In this document: positions 30,600-41,100 of the stretch, one piece after another
How the letters are laid out: each line of letters begins with the position of its first letter
How positions within the stretch are numbered: the stretch's first letter is position 1
Assembly (NCBI GenBank): GCA_963761335.1
Contig: CAVXGR010000017.1
Coordinates: forward strand, 160,001-224,000
Source: an uncultured delta proteobacterium
Lineage (GTDB): Bacteria > Desulfobacterota > Binatia > HRBIN30 > BPIQ01
Length of the DNA: 64,000 nt
Direction: 5' to 3'
Made by a program: the position numbers and the translations under genes
Notes under the pieces: generated by a model
What the model was told of the DNA's origin: nothing
What the model saw: the letters and a program-made list of their open reading frames with translations, nothing else
Databases searched by the model: none

Positions 30600-33500
30600 T
30601 CACTCCTCGCTGAGCAGATAGCTCAGGTCCTCTTTGGTGAGCGAGCGGGCGAAGCCGTTCTCGCCGAGGATGTCGCGCGCCAGCGCCGCCTTGCGCTGCT
30701 GCAGCTCCCAGATCTTCTCTTCGATGGTGCCGAGCGCCAGGAGGCGGTAGGCGATGACGTTGCGCGTCTGGCCGATGCGGTGGGTGCGGTCGATTGCCTG
30801 CGCCTCGACCGCGGGGTTCCACCACGGATCGAAGAGGACCACGTAGCTGGCGCTGGTGAGATTGAGGCCGGTGCCGCCGGCGCGCAGTGACACCAGGAAC
30901 ACGCAGGCGCGCGGATCCTCCTGGAAGCCGGCGACCACCTGCTCGCGCTTGGTCGTCTGCCCGGTGAGCATGTGGTAGGGAATGCCGCGCTGCTCGAGAT
31001 CCTGCCGCAGCAGCTTGAGGCACTCGACGAACTGCGAGAAGAGGAGCACCTTGTGGCCCTCGGCGAGGATCTCCTCGATGAGCTCGAAGACGGCGTCGAA
31101 CTTGCCCGAGCCGACGGTGCGCTTGCCGCCGGCGAGGGCGGGGTGGCAGCAGATCTGCCGCAGGCGGGTCAACGCCGCGAGGATGGCGATCTTGTTCTCG
31201 CGAACGCCTCCCGGGGCGCGGCTGAGCTCGTCGACGCGGGCGCGCGCCTTCTTCAGCTCGGCGAGGTAGAGGAGGCGCTGCGCCCGGTTGAGCTCGCAGT
31301 CGTGGCGCTCCTCGACGCGCTCCGGCAGCTCCGGCGCGACCTCCTGCTTGGTGCGGCGCAGCAGCACGGGACGCAGCTTGGCGCCGAGCAGGCTGCGCGC
31401 GTGAGACGGCGCCTCAGGGTGGTCGAAGCGCTGCGCGAACTGTCCCCGGGTGCCGAGATAGCCGGGGTTGACGAACGACATGATGCTCCACAGGTCCATG
31501 GCGCGGTTCTCGAGGGGGGTGCCGGTGAGCGCCAGGCGGTGGCGGGCGCGCAGCGACAGCGCCGCCTTGGTGACCGCGGCGTCCGGGTTCTTGATGTTCT
31601 GCGCCTCATCGAGAATGGCGGCGCACAGCTCGATCTCCTGCCACTGCTCGATGTCGCGCCGCAGCAGGGCGTAGTTGGTGACCACCAGATCGTGCGCGGG
31701 GATCTCCCGCCGCAGCTCGTGGCGCTCCTGGCCGCGGGTGAGCAGCAGGATGCGCAGCCCGGGCGTGAAGCGCTCCGCCTCGCGCTGCCAGTTGTGAACC
31801 ACCGACGCCGGACAGACGACCAGCGCCGGCCCCGCCTGCGGCTCCACCCGGCGCATGTGACACAGCCAGGCAAGGGCCTGCACGGTCTTTCCGAGCCCCA
31901 TGTCGTCGGCGAGCACGGCGCCCAGGCCGAGAGAGGCGGTGTAGGCGAGAAAGTCGAGCCCCTGCCGCTGATAGGGGCGGAGCTCGGCGGTGACGCCGTC
32001 GGGTAGGGGCACGACCGGGATGCCGCGGAACTCCTCGATGCGCTGGCGTAGCTCGCGGGCGGCGCTCAGGGCGTCGGCGTCGGCGCCGAACTCTTCGAGC
32101 ATTTGCAGGTTCTCGGGGCGCGCCCCGGCGAGCTGCCAGATGCCGAGCGGCTGCTCGCCCTGGTAGGGGTCGACGCCGAGATCGGCGAGCGCTTCGAGTA
32201 CCTCGTCGTGCGACTCGACCACCTCGCGCTTCATCCAGCCGGACGGCAGCTTGACGAAGCGCGTGGTGGCGGCGCGCAGCTTGGCGAGGTCGGCTTCGGT
32301 GAGCTGCATGCCCTCGGCGCTCCACTCTGCCGACACGGTAAAGAAGTCGACGCCGCTGCGGCGAATGGTGAGCTGCGGCACGGCGCGCGATGCACCGCTG
32401 AGCAGGCGCCGCACCCGCTCGGTGCCGAAGTAGCGCGCTTCCCGCGGCCGCTCTTCCCACGCCTCCGCGAAGCGCTCCATGTGCTTGCGGCCGGCGGGGA
32501 TCCACCAGCCGAGGCGCTCCTCGCGTGTTCCTGGCAGGGCCCCGGCCGAGCGCCGCAGCGGTGTGGCGGGCGAGCGCTCCAGCCAGGCGATCAGCGGCTC
32601 GACGGTCCGCGGATCGGGAAGCTCGATCCAGGCGTCGGCAATTTCCGCGAGCTCCACCGGCGCCTCGGCGGGCTCGATGCCGCTGGTGGCAGCGGCATCG
32701 CCCTCGCTCTCGCCGGCCGGCGGGCTCGAAGCGGGCGGCTCTTCCGCATGGATGGCGGCGAACTCGTCTTTCGTCGGCTCCAGCGGAGCAGAGTCGAGGC
32801 GCTTCCAGTCTCGATCCGCAGTGTACTCGAAGACGCGCGCTTCTGGCGGAGGGGCCTCGCCGGGCCTCCACTCGTCGGCGTCGGCGCAGGCGAACACGCG
32901 GATCTGCAGGCGGTCGTCGCCGCGCAGGTCGAGAGCCACCGCCGGGGTCACCGCGTACCGCCGCGTATGCGGCTCGAGCGAGCGCTGCAGGTGCGGGAAG
33001 CTCGAGGCGAGCACGCGCAGCATCTCCGGGCGCTCGGCGGCGGTCAGGGGCAGCTGCCCGGCCTGCTCGAAGTGCTGCCGAACCTTGCGCGGCGGCTCCT
33101 CCGCGACCAGCGAGAACTGCCCGTCGGCGAGCACCAGGCTGGGCTCGCCCTCGAGCCAGTCGCCGTCGTCGCGGACGATGACGACCTCGTCGAGGTGTCG
33201 GCGGCTCTCGTCCGGCCACACATAGGCCAGCTCGATTGCCGGTCCTTCGGATCCGGAGGTGCAGAGCGGCAACAGGCGCGCCGGTTCCGGGCGCAGCCGC
33301 ACCACCCCGCCCGGCGAGATGCCGGCGCGCTGCGCCAGCTCGGCGGGTACGTCGGCGGCCCAGGTCGCCAGCGGTGTTCCGGAGACCTGATCGAGCAGCA
33401 GCTTGAGGTATCGAGTCGAGAATCCCGAGCCGCCCTCGGAGTGGGGATTCCGCTCCGCCTGCTCCACCAGCAGCTCGAGCAGGCGGAGCTGCTCCGGAGG

Positions 33501-34355
33501 CAGCAGCCCCTGGCGGTGGCGGGCCTCGGAGCGCAGATGCACGAGCTGTGACGGGGCGCGCGGATCGTCCTTCTTCCGCGGCGTCGTCAGCCGCGGCTCG
33601 ACGAGCACGGCCGCGGAGCCGTCGGGGTTGGGCGACAGGTGCAGCACCGTCCGCAGAGATCGCGTCGTCTGTCCCCGCGTCTGTGCCCAGGAGACGAGCT
33701 CGCGGGCGAGGCCGCCGCGGGCGCGTTCCAGATAGCGGGCGGAGAGATCGTCGCGCTGGCGATATGCCTCGAGCGGGGAGGGGAGCCAGCCGCCGCTCAC
33801 CCGAGCGACCTCGTTGGCCAGTCTCCAGCACATGATCTCCGCGTCCGGCTCGCGCAGAACTTCCTGGAAGCGGGGCAGGTAGCCGCTCAGCGCGCCGCGC
33901 GGTGCTTTGGCCAGTAGCTCGCTGAGGGCGTACTCGCGCTCCCAATGGTACTGCGCCTGCTCGAGGCGCCGCAGGGCGCGGCTCTCTCGCGAGGCCGCGG
34001 TGTCGGCGCGCCCGCCGCTGTCGCGCCGCCGCGGCGGGTCCTCGGGGCGATTTTCCTGCAGGATGCAGCAGGCGAGGGCATAGGCGTGCTTGCAGTAGGG
34101 CCCCACCGGACAGGTGCATTCCGGCACCCAGTCGCCGTCGTGCGCCTGCCACATGGTGTAGTAGGTCTGCGTGCCCCGCACCATGGCGCTGACCTTCTGC
34201 CCCTGGTAGGTGAGCGCGCCGACGCGGTGGGTGTCGGCATAGTGTCGGCCGCGCGCCTGCACGCGTGGGGAGAAGTCGTCGAGAGCTGCATGCAGCTCCT
34301 CGATGAGCTCGGCGCTCAGCGGCGCGAAGCCCGATGTCGCGGGGGTGTGCGCCAT
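30600..34355 (-). CDS. SWIM zinc-finger SNF2-family helicase
   Basis: CTCPVGPYCKH; LADDMGLGKT, DEAQ, TGTPLEN, GGTGLNL, QAIDRTHRIGQ. Confidence 0.92.
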   Translation of the reverse strand: MAHTPATSGFAPLSAELIEELHAALDDFSPRVQARGRHYADTHRVGALTYQGQKVSAMVRGTQTYYTMWQAHDGDWVPECTCPVGPYCKHAYALACCILQENRPEDPPRRRDSGGRADTAASRESRALRRLEQAQYHWEREYALSELLAKAPRGALSGYLPRFQEVLREPDAEIMCWRLANEVARVSGGWLPSPLEAYRQRDDLSARYLERARGGLARELVSWAQTRGQTTRSLRTVLHLSPNPDGSAAVLVEPRLTTPRKKDDPRAPSQLVHLRSEARHRQGLLPPEQLRLLELLVEQAERNPHSEGGSGFSTRYLKLLLDQVSGTPLATWAADVPAELAQRAGISPGGVVRLRPEPARLLPLCTSGSEGPAIELAYVWPDESRRHLDEVVIVRDDGDWLEGEPSLVLADGQFSLVAEEPPRKVRQHFEQAGQLPLTAAERPEMLRVLASSFPHLQRSLEPHTRRYAVTPAVALDLRGDDRLQIRVFACADADEWRPGEAPPPEARVFEYTADRDWKRLDSAPLEPTKDEFAAIHAEEPPASSPPAGESEGDAAATSGIEPAEAPVELAEIADAWIELPDPRTVEPLIAWLERSPATPLRRSAGALPGTREERLGWWIPAGRKHMERFAEAWEERPREARYFGTERVRRLLSGASRAVPQLTIRRSGVDFFTVSAEWSAEGMQLTEADLAKLRAATTRFVKLPSGWMKREVVESHDEVLEALADLGVDPYQGEQPLGIWQLAGARPENLQMLEEFGADADALSAARELRQRIEEFRGIPVVPLPDGVTAELRPYQRQGLDFLAYTASLGLGAVLADDMGLGKTVQALAWLCHMRRVEPQAGPALVVCPASVVHNWQREAERFTPGLRILLLTRGQERHELRREIPAHDLVVTNYALLRRDIEQWQEIELCAAILDEAQNIKNPDAAVTKAALSLRARHRLALTGTPLENRAMDLWSIMSFVNPGYLGTRGQFAQRFDHPEAPSHARSLLGAKLRPVLLRRTKQEVAPELPERVEERHDCELNRAQRLLYLAELKKARARVDELSRAPGGVRENKIAILAALTRLRQICCHPALAGGKRTVGSGKFDAVFELIEEILAEGHKVLLFSQFVECLKLLRQDLEQRGIPYHMLTGQTTKREQVVAGFQEDPRACVFLVSLRAGGTGLNLTSASYVVLFDPWWNPAVEAQAIDRTHRIGQTRNVIAYRLLALGTIEEKIWELQQRKAALARDILGENGFARSLTKEDLSYLLSEE

Positions 34356-34405
34356 GGAAACGTCCAATGTGCCTGATCCGCTGCGGCGCGACAAGGGCAG
34401 GCTTC

Positions 34406-34477
34406 GGGACAGGCAACTTTTGCGGCCGGAGACCGTGCCCCCGACGTGTGTTTGAAGGGCAAAAGTAGCCTGTCCCC
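34406..34477. repeat. REP-like palindrome GGGACAGGCAACTTTTGC...GCAAAAGTAGCCTGTCCCC
   Basis: Conserved arms with unique spacer; copies at 35335, 44161, 58609. Confidence 0.8.
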
Positions 34478-34532
34478 GCTCGCTCGTCTGCGGCGCTTCT
34501 GCTAGCAGAAGGCCGTGGAGAGGGCGAAATCG

Positions 34533-35318
34533 ATGCTCGACGCGGAGCAGCAGCGGCACTGGCAGGACAACGGCTGGTTGTGGCTGCACGGTCTCCTCGG
34601 CGCCGATGATCTGCGCTGCCTGCGGCAGTGGACCGAAGAGATCGCCGGCTGGCCGGAGGCCCCGGGACGCTGGATGCGCTATTACGAGCGGCGCGGTGCC
34701 GATCGCTCGGAGAGAATACTGGCGCGCCTCGAGAACTTCGTGCCCTATCACCAGGGCCTGGCCGGTCTGTTGCTGAGCCCGCGCATGCTCGAGCTGCTCG
34801 GCCATCTGTGTGGCGAGCCGGTGGTGCTGTTCAAGGACAAGATCAACTTCAAGCTCCCCGGCGGCGCCGGCTTCGCGCCGCACCAGGACGCCCCCGCCTA
34901 CATCGACTTCGGCGTCGAGCACCAGCTGACGCTGATGGTGCCGGTGGACGCTTTCACCCGCGACAACGGCTGCCTCGAGGTGGTGCGCAACGGCTGCGAG
35001 CGCGTCTTCCTACCGCAGAAGCCGGACGGTAGCCTGGAGCTCGGAGTGATGGAGCGCTACGAGATCGTGCCGCTGCTCGCCGAGCCGGGCGACGTCATCG
35101 TCTTCGATGCCTGGGTGCCGCATCGCTCCGGGCCGAATCGCACGGCGGGACCGCGGCGCGCCTACTATCTCACCTTCAACCCGGCCTCCGCCGGCGATCA
35201 GCGCGCCGCCTACTACGCCCGCAAGCGCGAGCTCTTCCCACCCGAGTGCGAGCGCAAGCCCGGCGTCGACTACGCCGCGATCGGCAAACAGTTCAACCTC
35301 GCCAACCCCTTCGAGTAG
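34533..35318 (+). CDS. Phytanoyl-CoA dioxygenase (PhyH) family 2OG-Fe(II) oxygenase
   Basis: LFKDKINFKLPG..PHQD..NGCLEV..PGDVIVFD..HRSGPN. Confidence 0.88.
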   Translation: MLDAEQQRHWQDNGWLWLHGLLGADDLRCLRQWTEEIAGWPEAPGRWMRYYERRGADRSERILARLENFVPYHQGLAGLLLSPRMLELLGHLCGEPVVLFKDKINFKLPGGAGFAPHQDAPAYIDFGVEHQLTLMVPVDAFTRDNGCLEVVRNGCERVFLPQKPDGSLELGVMERYEIVPLLAEPGDVIVFDAWVPHRSGPNRTAGPRRAYYLTFNPASAGDQRAAYYARKRELFPPECERKPGVDYAAIGKQFNLANPFE

Positions 35319-35334
35319 CGCAGGGGCGGGCGGA

Positions 35335-35406
35335 GGGGACAGGCAACTTTTGCGACGAGATCCGTTACGTGGATCTTGATTCGACGCGCAAAAGTAGCCT
35401 GTCCCC
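35335..35406. repeat. REP-like palindrome, GGGGACAGGC family
   Basis: GGGGACAGGCAACTTTTGCG...CGCAAAAGTAGCCTGTCCCC. Confidence 0.8.
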
Positions 35407-35468
35407 ATCCCACGACGTTGAAGAGCCGCATTGGCGGTGCTAGGCGTTCTCTCGGAAGGAGGCTATGG

Positions 35469-35717
35469 ATGGCCGAAGCAGCACTCGAGGAGAGGGTCGC
35501 TCGTTTGGAAGGAAGAGTCGAAGGATTCGAAGGTCGCTTCGAGAGTCTCGAGCGCCGGCTGGACGGGATCGACGCGAAGATCGATCGCAAGTTCGCCGGG
35601 GTCGACGAGAGGTTTGCGGCCTTCGACCAGAAGATCGACCGCAACTTCCAATGGACGATGGGCGTCAACGTCGTCCTGTGGAGCGCGATTCTGGTAGCAC
35701 TCTTCTTTCGCGCATAG
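35469..35717 (+). CDS. Small coiled-coil protein with C-terminal transmembrane helix
   Basis: Heptad repeats (LEERVARLEGRVEGFEGRFESLERRLD) then a hydrophobic tail; AAGGAGG upstream. Confidence 0.65.
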   Translation: MAEAALEERVARLEGRVEGFEGRFESLERRLDGIDAKIDRKFAGVDERFAAFDQKIDRNFQWTMGVNVVLWSAILVALFFRA

Positions 35718-35764
35718 CGCGCCGCTCAACCTGCTCGTCCTCCCAAACCCGATTGCAGTCCCTC

Positions 35765-35794
35765 TTGACCGGAGGGCGAAAGTTTGGCGAAGAT
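35765..35794 (+). promoter_or_regulatory. Putative mutasome promoter with GGCGAA-N5-GGCGAA direct repeat (candidate repressor box)
   Basis: TTGACC at 35765; GGCGAA at 35775 and 35786 (11-bp period) just before imuA. Confidence 0.45.
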
Positions 35795-35800
35795 GAGTCC

Positions 35801-36517
35801 GTGCTGGCCGCTACCCCACACGCTGCCCTCGAGGTGCCTTCGCCGCTGGGATCGGAGCTCGAGCTCTCCGGTCTGGTGCGCCGCGGATGGGTGCCGGAGC
35901 CGGTGCGGCGCCTGGCGGCGCCTGTCTCGCTGGCAGCACTGCTGGGACCCGGGCTGCCGCGCGGTCGCCTGAGTGAGGTCGTTGGCGCCCTCGGCAGCGG
36001 CCGTACCTCACTGCTCCTGGCGCTTCTGGCGGCGGCGACGGCGGCGCACGAGGTGACGGCGCTGGTGGATGTCTCCAACAGCTTCAACCCGCTGACCGCC
36101 CGCCACGCCCGCGTCGATCTCACCAGTATCCTGTGGGTGCGGCCACCGTCGCTGCGCCAGGGGATGCACTGTGCCGAGCTGATCCTCTCCGCCGGTGGTT
36201 TTGGCCTGGTGGCCCTCGATCTCGAGGGAGTATCCCTGCGGCACATGCGTCATCACAGCTGGCCGCGGCTGGCGCGCGCCGCCGAGCGCTCCGGAGCGGC
36301 CCTGGTGGTGCTGGCCCCGCAGCGCCTCGCCGGCAGCTTCGCCGCTCTCGACATCGCCGTGACTCGGCGCCGCGTTCTCTGGAGCCGCGGCACCGGCGTC
36401 GCTCTCCTCGACGGCTTCGAGGTTCGCGCCGAGGTGGTGCGCAGCAAGCTCGGGCCTCCCGGCGCCGCTGCCGATCTGCGCATGGAGCTTTCGATGAACG
36501 CGGACGCATCCCCCTAG
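35801..36517 (+). CDS. imuA: ImuA-like RecA-fold protein
   Basis: GLPRGRLSEVVGALGSGRTSL, ALVDVS, GGFGLVALD; first gene before imuB-dnaE2; start uncertain. Confidence 0.8.
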   Translation: MLAATPHAALEVPSPLGSELELSGLVRRGWVPEPVRRLAAPVSLAALLGPGLPRGRLSEVVGALGSGRTSLLLALLAAATAAHEVTALVDVSNSFNPLTARHARVDLTSILWVRPPSLRQGMHCAELILSAGGFGLVALDLEGVSLRHMRHHSWPRLARAAERSGAALVVLAPQRLAGSFAALDIAVTRRRVLWSRGTGVALLDGFEVRAEVVRSKLGPPGAAADLRMELSMNADASP

Positions 36518-36519
36518 CC

Positions 36520-38064
36520 ATGCGCCTCGCCTGCCTCTACGTCCCCGATTTTCCGGTCGCGGCACTGCTGCGCGCCGAGCCCGAGCTCCGCGGCCAGCCC
36601 GCTGTCGTCAGCAGCGGAGCGGGGGCGCGGGCGCTGGTGCGCTCGGTATCGCCGGAGGCGACGCGTCTGGGAATCGCGGCCGGGCTCACCGTGACCCAGG
36701 CGCGCGCCGTCGATGCCGACCTCGTGGTGCGCGCCCAGAGCGAGGCGCGCGAGCGCGCCGCCCAGGCGGCTCTCGGCGATGTCGCCGACTCCTTCTCTCC
36801 GCGTGTCGAGAACGCCGGTGACGGTGTCGTCTACCTCGACGCCGACGGCCTCTCGGCGCTGTTCTCCAGCGAGAATGCCCTCGTCAACGCCATGGCGCAG
36901 CGGGCCGTCTCTCTGGGGCTGGAGGCGCACGTGGGCCTCGCCTCGAGCAAGGTGGCCGCCTATCTGGCGGCGCGCGACGGCGGCGGCGCGCGCGTGATTC
37001 CACCTGGAGAGGAATGGCGTTTTCTCGGACCCATGTCGGTGAGCTTGCTGCAGCCGAGCCCGGAGCTGACGGCGACGCTGCGCCGCTGGGGGATCCTCAC
37101 CGTCGGCGCGCTCGCCGCCCTGCCGGCGAGCGCCGTCGCCACCCGCCTGGGGCCCGAAGGTCTCGCCCTGGTGCGCCGCGCCCGCGGCGATGACGAGTAC
37201 CCGCTGATGCCGCGTCCGGCGCCGCTGCGCTTCGAGGAGACCGCGGAGCTCGACTACGGTATCGAGACGCTCGAGCCCTTCGCCTTCATCGCCCGCGGCC
37301 TGCTCGAGCGGCTGACGGCGCGCATCGCCCTGCGCGGCTTCGTCTGCGGCGACCTGCATCTGTCGCTCGGGCTCGCCGGCCGCGGCCACGACGAGCGCAC
37401 CGTGCCGGTGGCTGCGGCGAGCAACGACGTGAAATCGCTGCTGGCGCTCCTGCGCCTGCACCTCGAGACCTACCCGCCGGCGGCGGCAGTCGAGTCGATT
37501 CGCCTGAGCGCCGTGAGCGAGCGCCTGCGGCCATCGCAGCTCAACCTCTTTCGCTCCGCCGGTCCGGCGCCGGAGCAGCTCGCCGTGACCCTGGCGCGGC
37601 TGACCGCCATCTGCGGCGCCGACCGCGTCGGCCGTCCCGTCGTTCCCGATTCGCACCGCATCGACGCGTATTCCATCGCCCCATTCGCCCGAGAAGATGA
37701 GGTGTTGGGTGTTGAGGTGTTGGGTGTTGGGGAAAGACAAGGCCCCCTAACAGCCAACACCTCAACACCCAACACCTCGTCTTCTCCCCCCAACACCTTG
37801 TCTTTTCTCGCGGTGCGGGCGATTCGCCCGCCGCGTCCGCTCATCGTCTTCCGCGATCGCGGCCGCCTCGACTTCGTCCGCGGCGAGGGCCTCTGCGGCC
37901 GCGTGGTCAGTGCCGCCGGCCCCTGGCGCGTGCAGTCCGACTGGTGGAACGAGCAGGCGAGCGCGCGCGACTACTACGACGTCCAGCTCAGCGACGGCGC
38001 CGTCTATCGACTCTACTGCGAGCCGCAGACGCAGACATGGTTTGCCGATGGCATATACGATTGA
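36520..38064 (+). CDS. imuB: ImuB-like Y-family polymerase homolog
   Basis: ACLYVPDF, FSPRVE..YLD, LRRWGI, GPWRVQSDWW..RDYYDV..GIYD; position in mutasome operon. Confidence 0.88.
   Translation: MRLACLYVPDFPVAALLRAEPELRGQPAVVSSGAGARALVRSVSPEATRLGIAAGLTVTQARAVDADLVVRAQSEARERAAQAALGDVADSFSPRVENAGDGVVYLDADGLSALFSSENALVNAMAQRAVSLGLEAHVGLASSKVAAYLAARDGGGARVIPPGEEWRFLGPMSVSLLQPSPELTATLRRWGILTVGALAALPASAVATRLGPEGLALVRRARGDDEYPLMPRPAPLRFEETAELDYGIETLEPFAFIARGLLERLTARIALRGFVCGDLHLSLGLAGRGHDERTVPVAAASNDVKSLLALLRLHLETYPPAAAVESIRLSAVSERLRPSQLNLFRSAGPAPEQLAVTLARLTAICGADRVGRPVVPDSHRIDAYSIAPFAREDEVLGVEVLGVGERQGPLTANTSTPNTSSSPPNTLSFLAVRAIRPPRPLIVFRDRGRLDFVRGEGLCGRVVSAAGPWRVQSDWWNEQASARDYYDVQLSDGAVYRLYCEPQTQTWFADGIYD
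37691..37798. repeat. In-frame hairpin of GGTGTTG/CAACACC units inside imuB
   Basis: 33-bp arms 37691-37723 and 37754-37786 with one mismatch; translates as EDEVLGVEVLGV...NTSTPNTSS. Confidence 0.9.
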
Positions 38065-38067
38065 AGG

Positions 38068-38147
38068 GCAGGTTGTTGGGTTGTTGGTTGTTAGGTTGTT
38101 ATGTCCGACACCCAACAACCTAACAACCTAACAACCTAACAACCTGC
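38068..38147. repeat. Hairpin of GGTTGTT/AACAACC units between imuB and dnaE2
   Basis: GCAGGTTGTTGGGTTGTTGGTTGTTAGGTTGTT ... AACAACCTAACAACCTAACAACCTAACAACCTGC. Confidence 0.9.
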
Positions 38148-38160
38148 TTTGCTTCTCCCC

Positions 38161-41100
38161 ATGTATACCGAGCTGCGCACTCACAGCGCCTTCAGCTTTC
38201 TCGAGGGCGCCTCTCTGCCGGAGGATCTGGTGGCGCGCGCCGCCGAGCTCGGCTGCGCCGTCATCGCTCTCGGCGACCGCGACGGCCTCTACGGCGCGCC
38301 GCGCTTCCACAAGGCCGCGCAGGCCGCCGGCCTGCGCGCCATCGTCGCCTGCGACCTGCAACTGCGACCAACAACCAACAACCCAACAACCAACAACCCA
38401 ACAACCAACAACCTGTATCTTCTCGTCTCCACGCGCACCGGTTATCGCAATCTCTGCCGCTTGCTGACGCAGGCGAAGCGGCGCGCCGCCAAGGGGGAGC
38501 CGGCGGCGACGTGGGATGATCTCGAGGGGCACACCGACGGTCTGCTGTGTCTGGCGGGCGGGGCGCACAGCCCGCTGGCGGCGCCGCTGCGGCAAGGAGA
38601 CGACGAGGAGGTGCGCCGCCGGCTGCGGCGTTTGCAGCGCCTCTTCGGCTCCCGCCTCTATCTCGACGTGCAGCGCCACTTCGATCCGGAGGAGGAGCGC
38701 CTCGGCCGCGCCTATGTCGCCCTGGCGCGCGCCGGCGACCTGCGGCTGGTGGCCACCAACGACGTGCGCCACGCCCGCCCCGAAGGGCGGCCGCTGCTCG
38801 ACGTGCTCACCTGCATCCGCCACAAGACCAACCTCGACTCTGCCGGCCGGCGGCTGCAGCGCAACGCCGAGCGGCATCTCAAATCGCCGCGGCAGATGGC
38901 GGCGCTCTTCCGCGATCTCCCCGAGGCCGTCGCCAACAGCGAGCGCCTCGCCGAGGAGTGCGAGTTCACCCTCGACGACCTCGGCTATCGCTTTCCGGAT
39001 TTTCCCCTGCCGCCGGGCGAGACGCCCATCGGCCACCTGCGGCGGCTGACCGGCGAGGGTGCCCGCTGGCGCTACGGCACCATCTCGCCGCGGGTGCGCC
39101 GCCAGCTCGAGCACGAGCTCGCCGTCATCGAGAAGCTCGAGCTCGCCGGCTACTTCCTCATCGTCTGGGACATCGTCCGCTACTGCCGCGAGCGCGGCAT
39201 CCTGGCGCAGGGTCGCGGCTCGGCCGCCAACAGCGCCGTCTGCTACGCCCTCGGCATCACCGCCGTGGACGCCGTCGGCATGGACCTCCTCTTCGAGCGT
39301 TTTCTCTCCGAGGAGCGCGGCGAGTGGCCCGACATCGACATCGATCTCCCCAGCGGCGACCGCCGCGAGGAGGTGATCCAGTACGTCTACCGCCGTTACG
39401 GCGAGCGGGGTGCGGCGATGACGGCAAACGTCATCACCTATCGCACCCGCAGCGCCGTGCGCGAGGTGGGCAAGGCGCTCGGCTTCTCCCTCGATCAGGT
39501 CGACCGCCTGGCGAAGCTGCTGCGGCGGTTCGAGTTCCGCGACGGCGACGACGAGCTGGCGACGCAGCTCGCCGCCGGCGGTGTGGATCCACAGACGCCA
39601 CGGGTGCGGCTGCTCGTCGATCTCGTCGGCCGGATCCAGAACCTGCCGCGTCATCTCGGACAGCACTCCGGCGGCATGGTGATCGCGGCCGGGCGACTCG
39701 ACGAGGTGGTGCCGCTGGAGCCGGCCTCGATGCCCGGCCGCGTCGTCGTGCAGTGGGACAAGGACGACTGCGCCGATCTCGGTATCATCAAGGTCGATTT
39801 GCTCGGCCTCGGCATGATGGCGGTGCTCGAGGACGCCATTCCGCTGGTGCGCCAGCACGAGGGCATTGATCTCGACCTCGCCAAGCTGCCCGCCGACGAT
39901 CCCAAAGTGTACCGCATGCTGCAGGAGGCGGACACCATCGGCGTCTTCCAGGTGGAGAGCCGGGCGCAGATGGCGACCCTGCCGCGCATGCGGCCGGAGC
40001 GCTTCTACGACCTCGTCGTCGAGGTGGCGATCATTCGCCCCGGGCCGATCGTCGGACAGATGGTGCACCCGTATCTCGCCCGCCGTGCGGGCCGTGCTCC
40101 GGTGCTCTATCCCCACCCGTCGCTCGAGCCGATCCTGGCGCGCACCCTCGGCGTGCCGCTCTTCCAGGAGCAGCTGTTGCGCATGGCCATGGTCGCCGCC
40201 GGCTTCTCCGGAGGCGAGGCCGAGGAGCTGCGCCGCGCCATGGGCTTCAAGCGCTCGATGGCGCGCATGGCGGCGATCGAGACGCGGCTGCGTCAGGGCA
40301 TGGCGCGCAACGGCATCACCGGCGCGGCGGCGGACGACATCGTGCGCGGCATCACCTCCTTCGCCCTCTACGGTTTCCCCGAGTCGCACGCCGCCAGCTT
40401 CGCCCTGATCGCCTACGCTTCGGCTTACCTGAAGGCGCACCACCCGGCGGCTTTCTACTGCGCCCTGCTGAACAACTTCCCCATGGGCTTCTACCACCCC
40501 GCAACCCTGGTGAAGGATGCGCAGAGACACGGCGTCCGCGTCCTGCCTGTGGATGTGATGCGCTCCGCTTGGCAGTGCGGCGTGGAGGGAGAACAGGTTG
40601 TTGGGTTGTTGGGTTGTTATGTTGTTAGGGAAGAATCTGGGCCAACAACCAACAACCCAACAACCAACAACCTCCTCTCCCTCCGCCTCGGCTACCGCTA
40701 CGTCCGCGGCTTGCGCGAAGAGGCGGGCAAGCGCATCGAAGAAGAGCGCGCCCGCGCCCCCTTCGAATCGATCGAGGACATCGCCTACCGCTGCCAGCTG
40801 CGCGACGACGAGCTGGCAACGCTGGCCGAGATCGGCGCCTTCGCTGCCTTCGGCAAGTCGCGACGCGAAGCCATGTGGCAGCTTTCCGCCTTGCCCCGCG
40901 GCCCGCTATTTGAGAGGAGTTGTGGGAAAGAAAATGTCTCAAGGAGGAGATATGGACCCAGCGAAGGATCGATCATTCCGAGGACTTCTGGTGTGGCAAC
41001 AGTCAATGCAGCTCGCCCGCGACTGCTACTTTCTGACGCGAGAGCTTCCCCGGGAAGAAAAATATGGGCTGGCCCTGCAGATTCGCCGGGCAGCCACATC

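Noticed and set aside
30600..34922. 1440-aa version of the SNF2 protein
   Set aside because: The extension runs through a REP and overlaps the PhyH gene on the other strand; ATG at 34355 fits better
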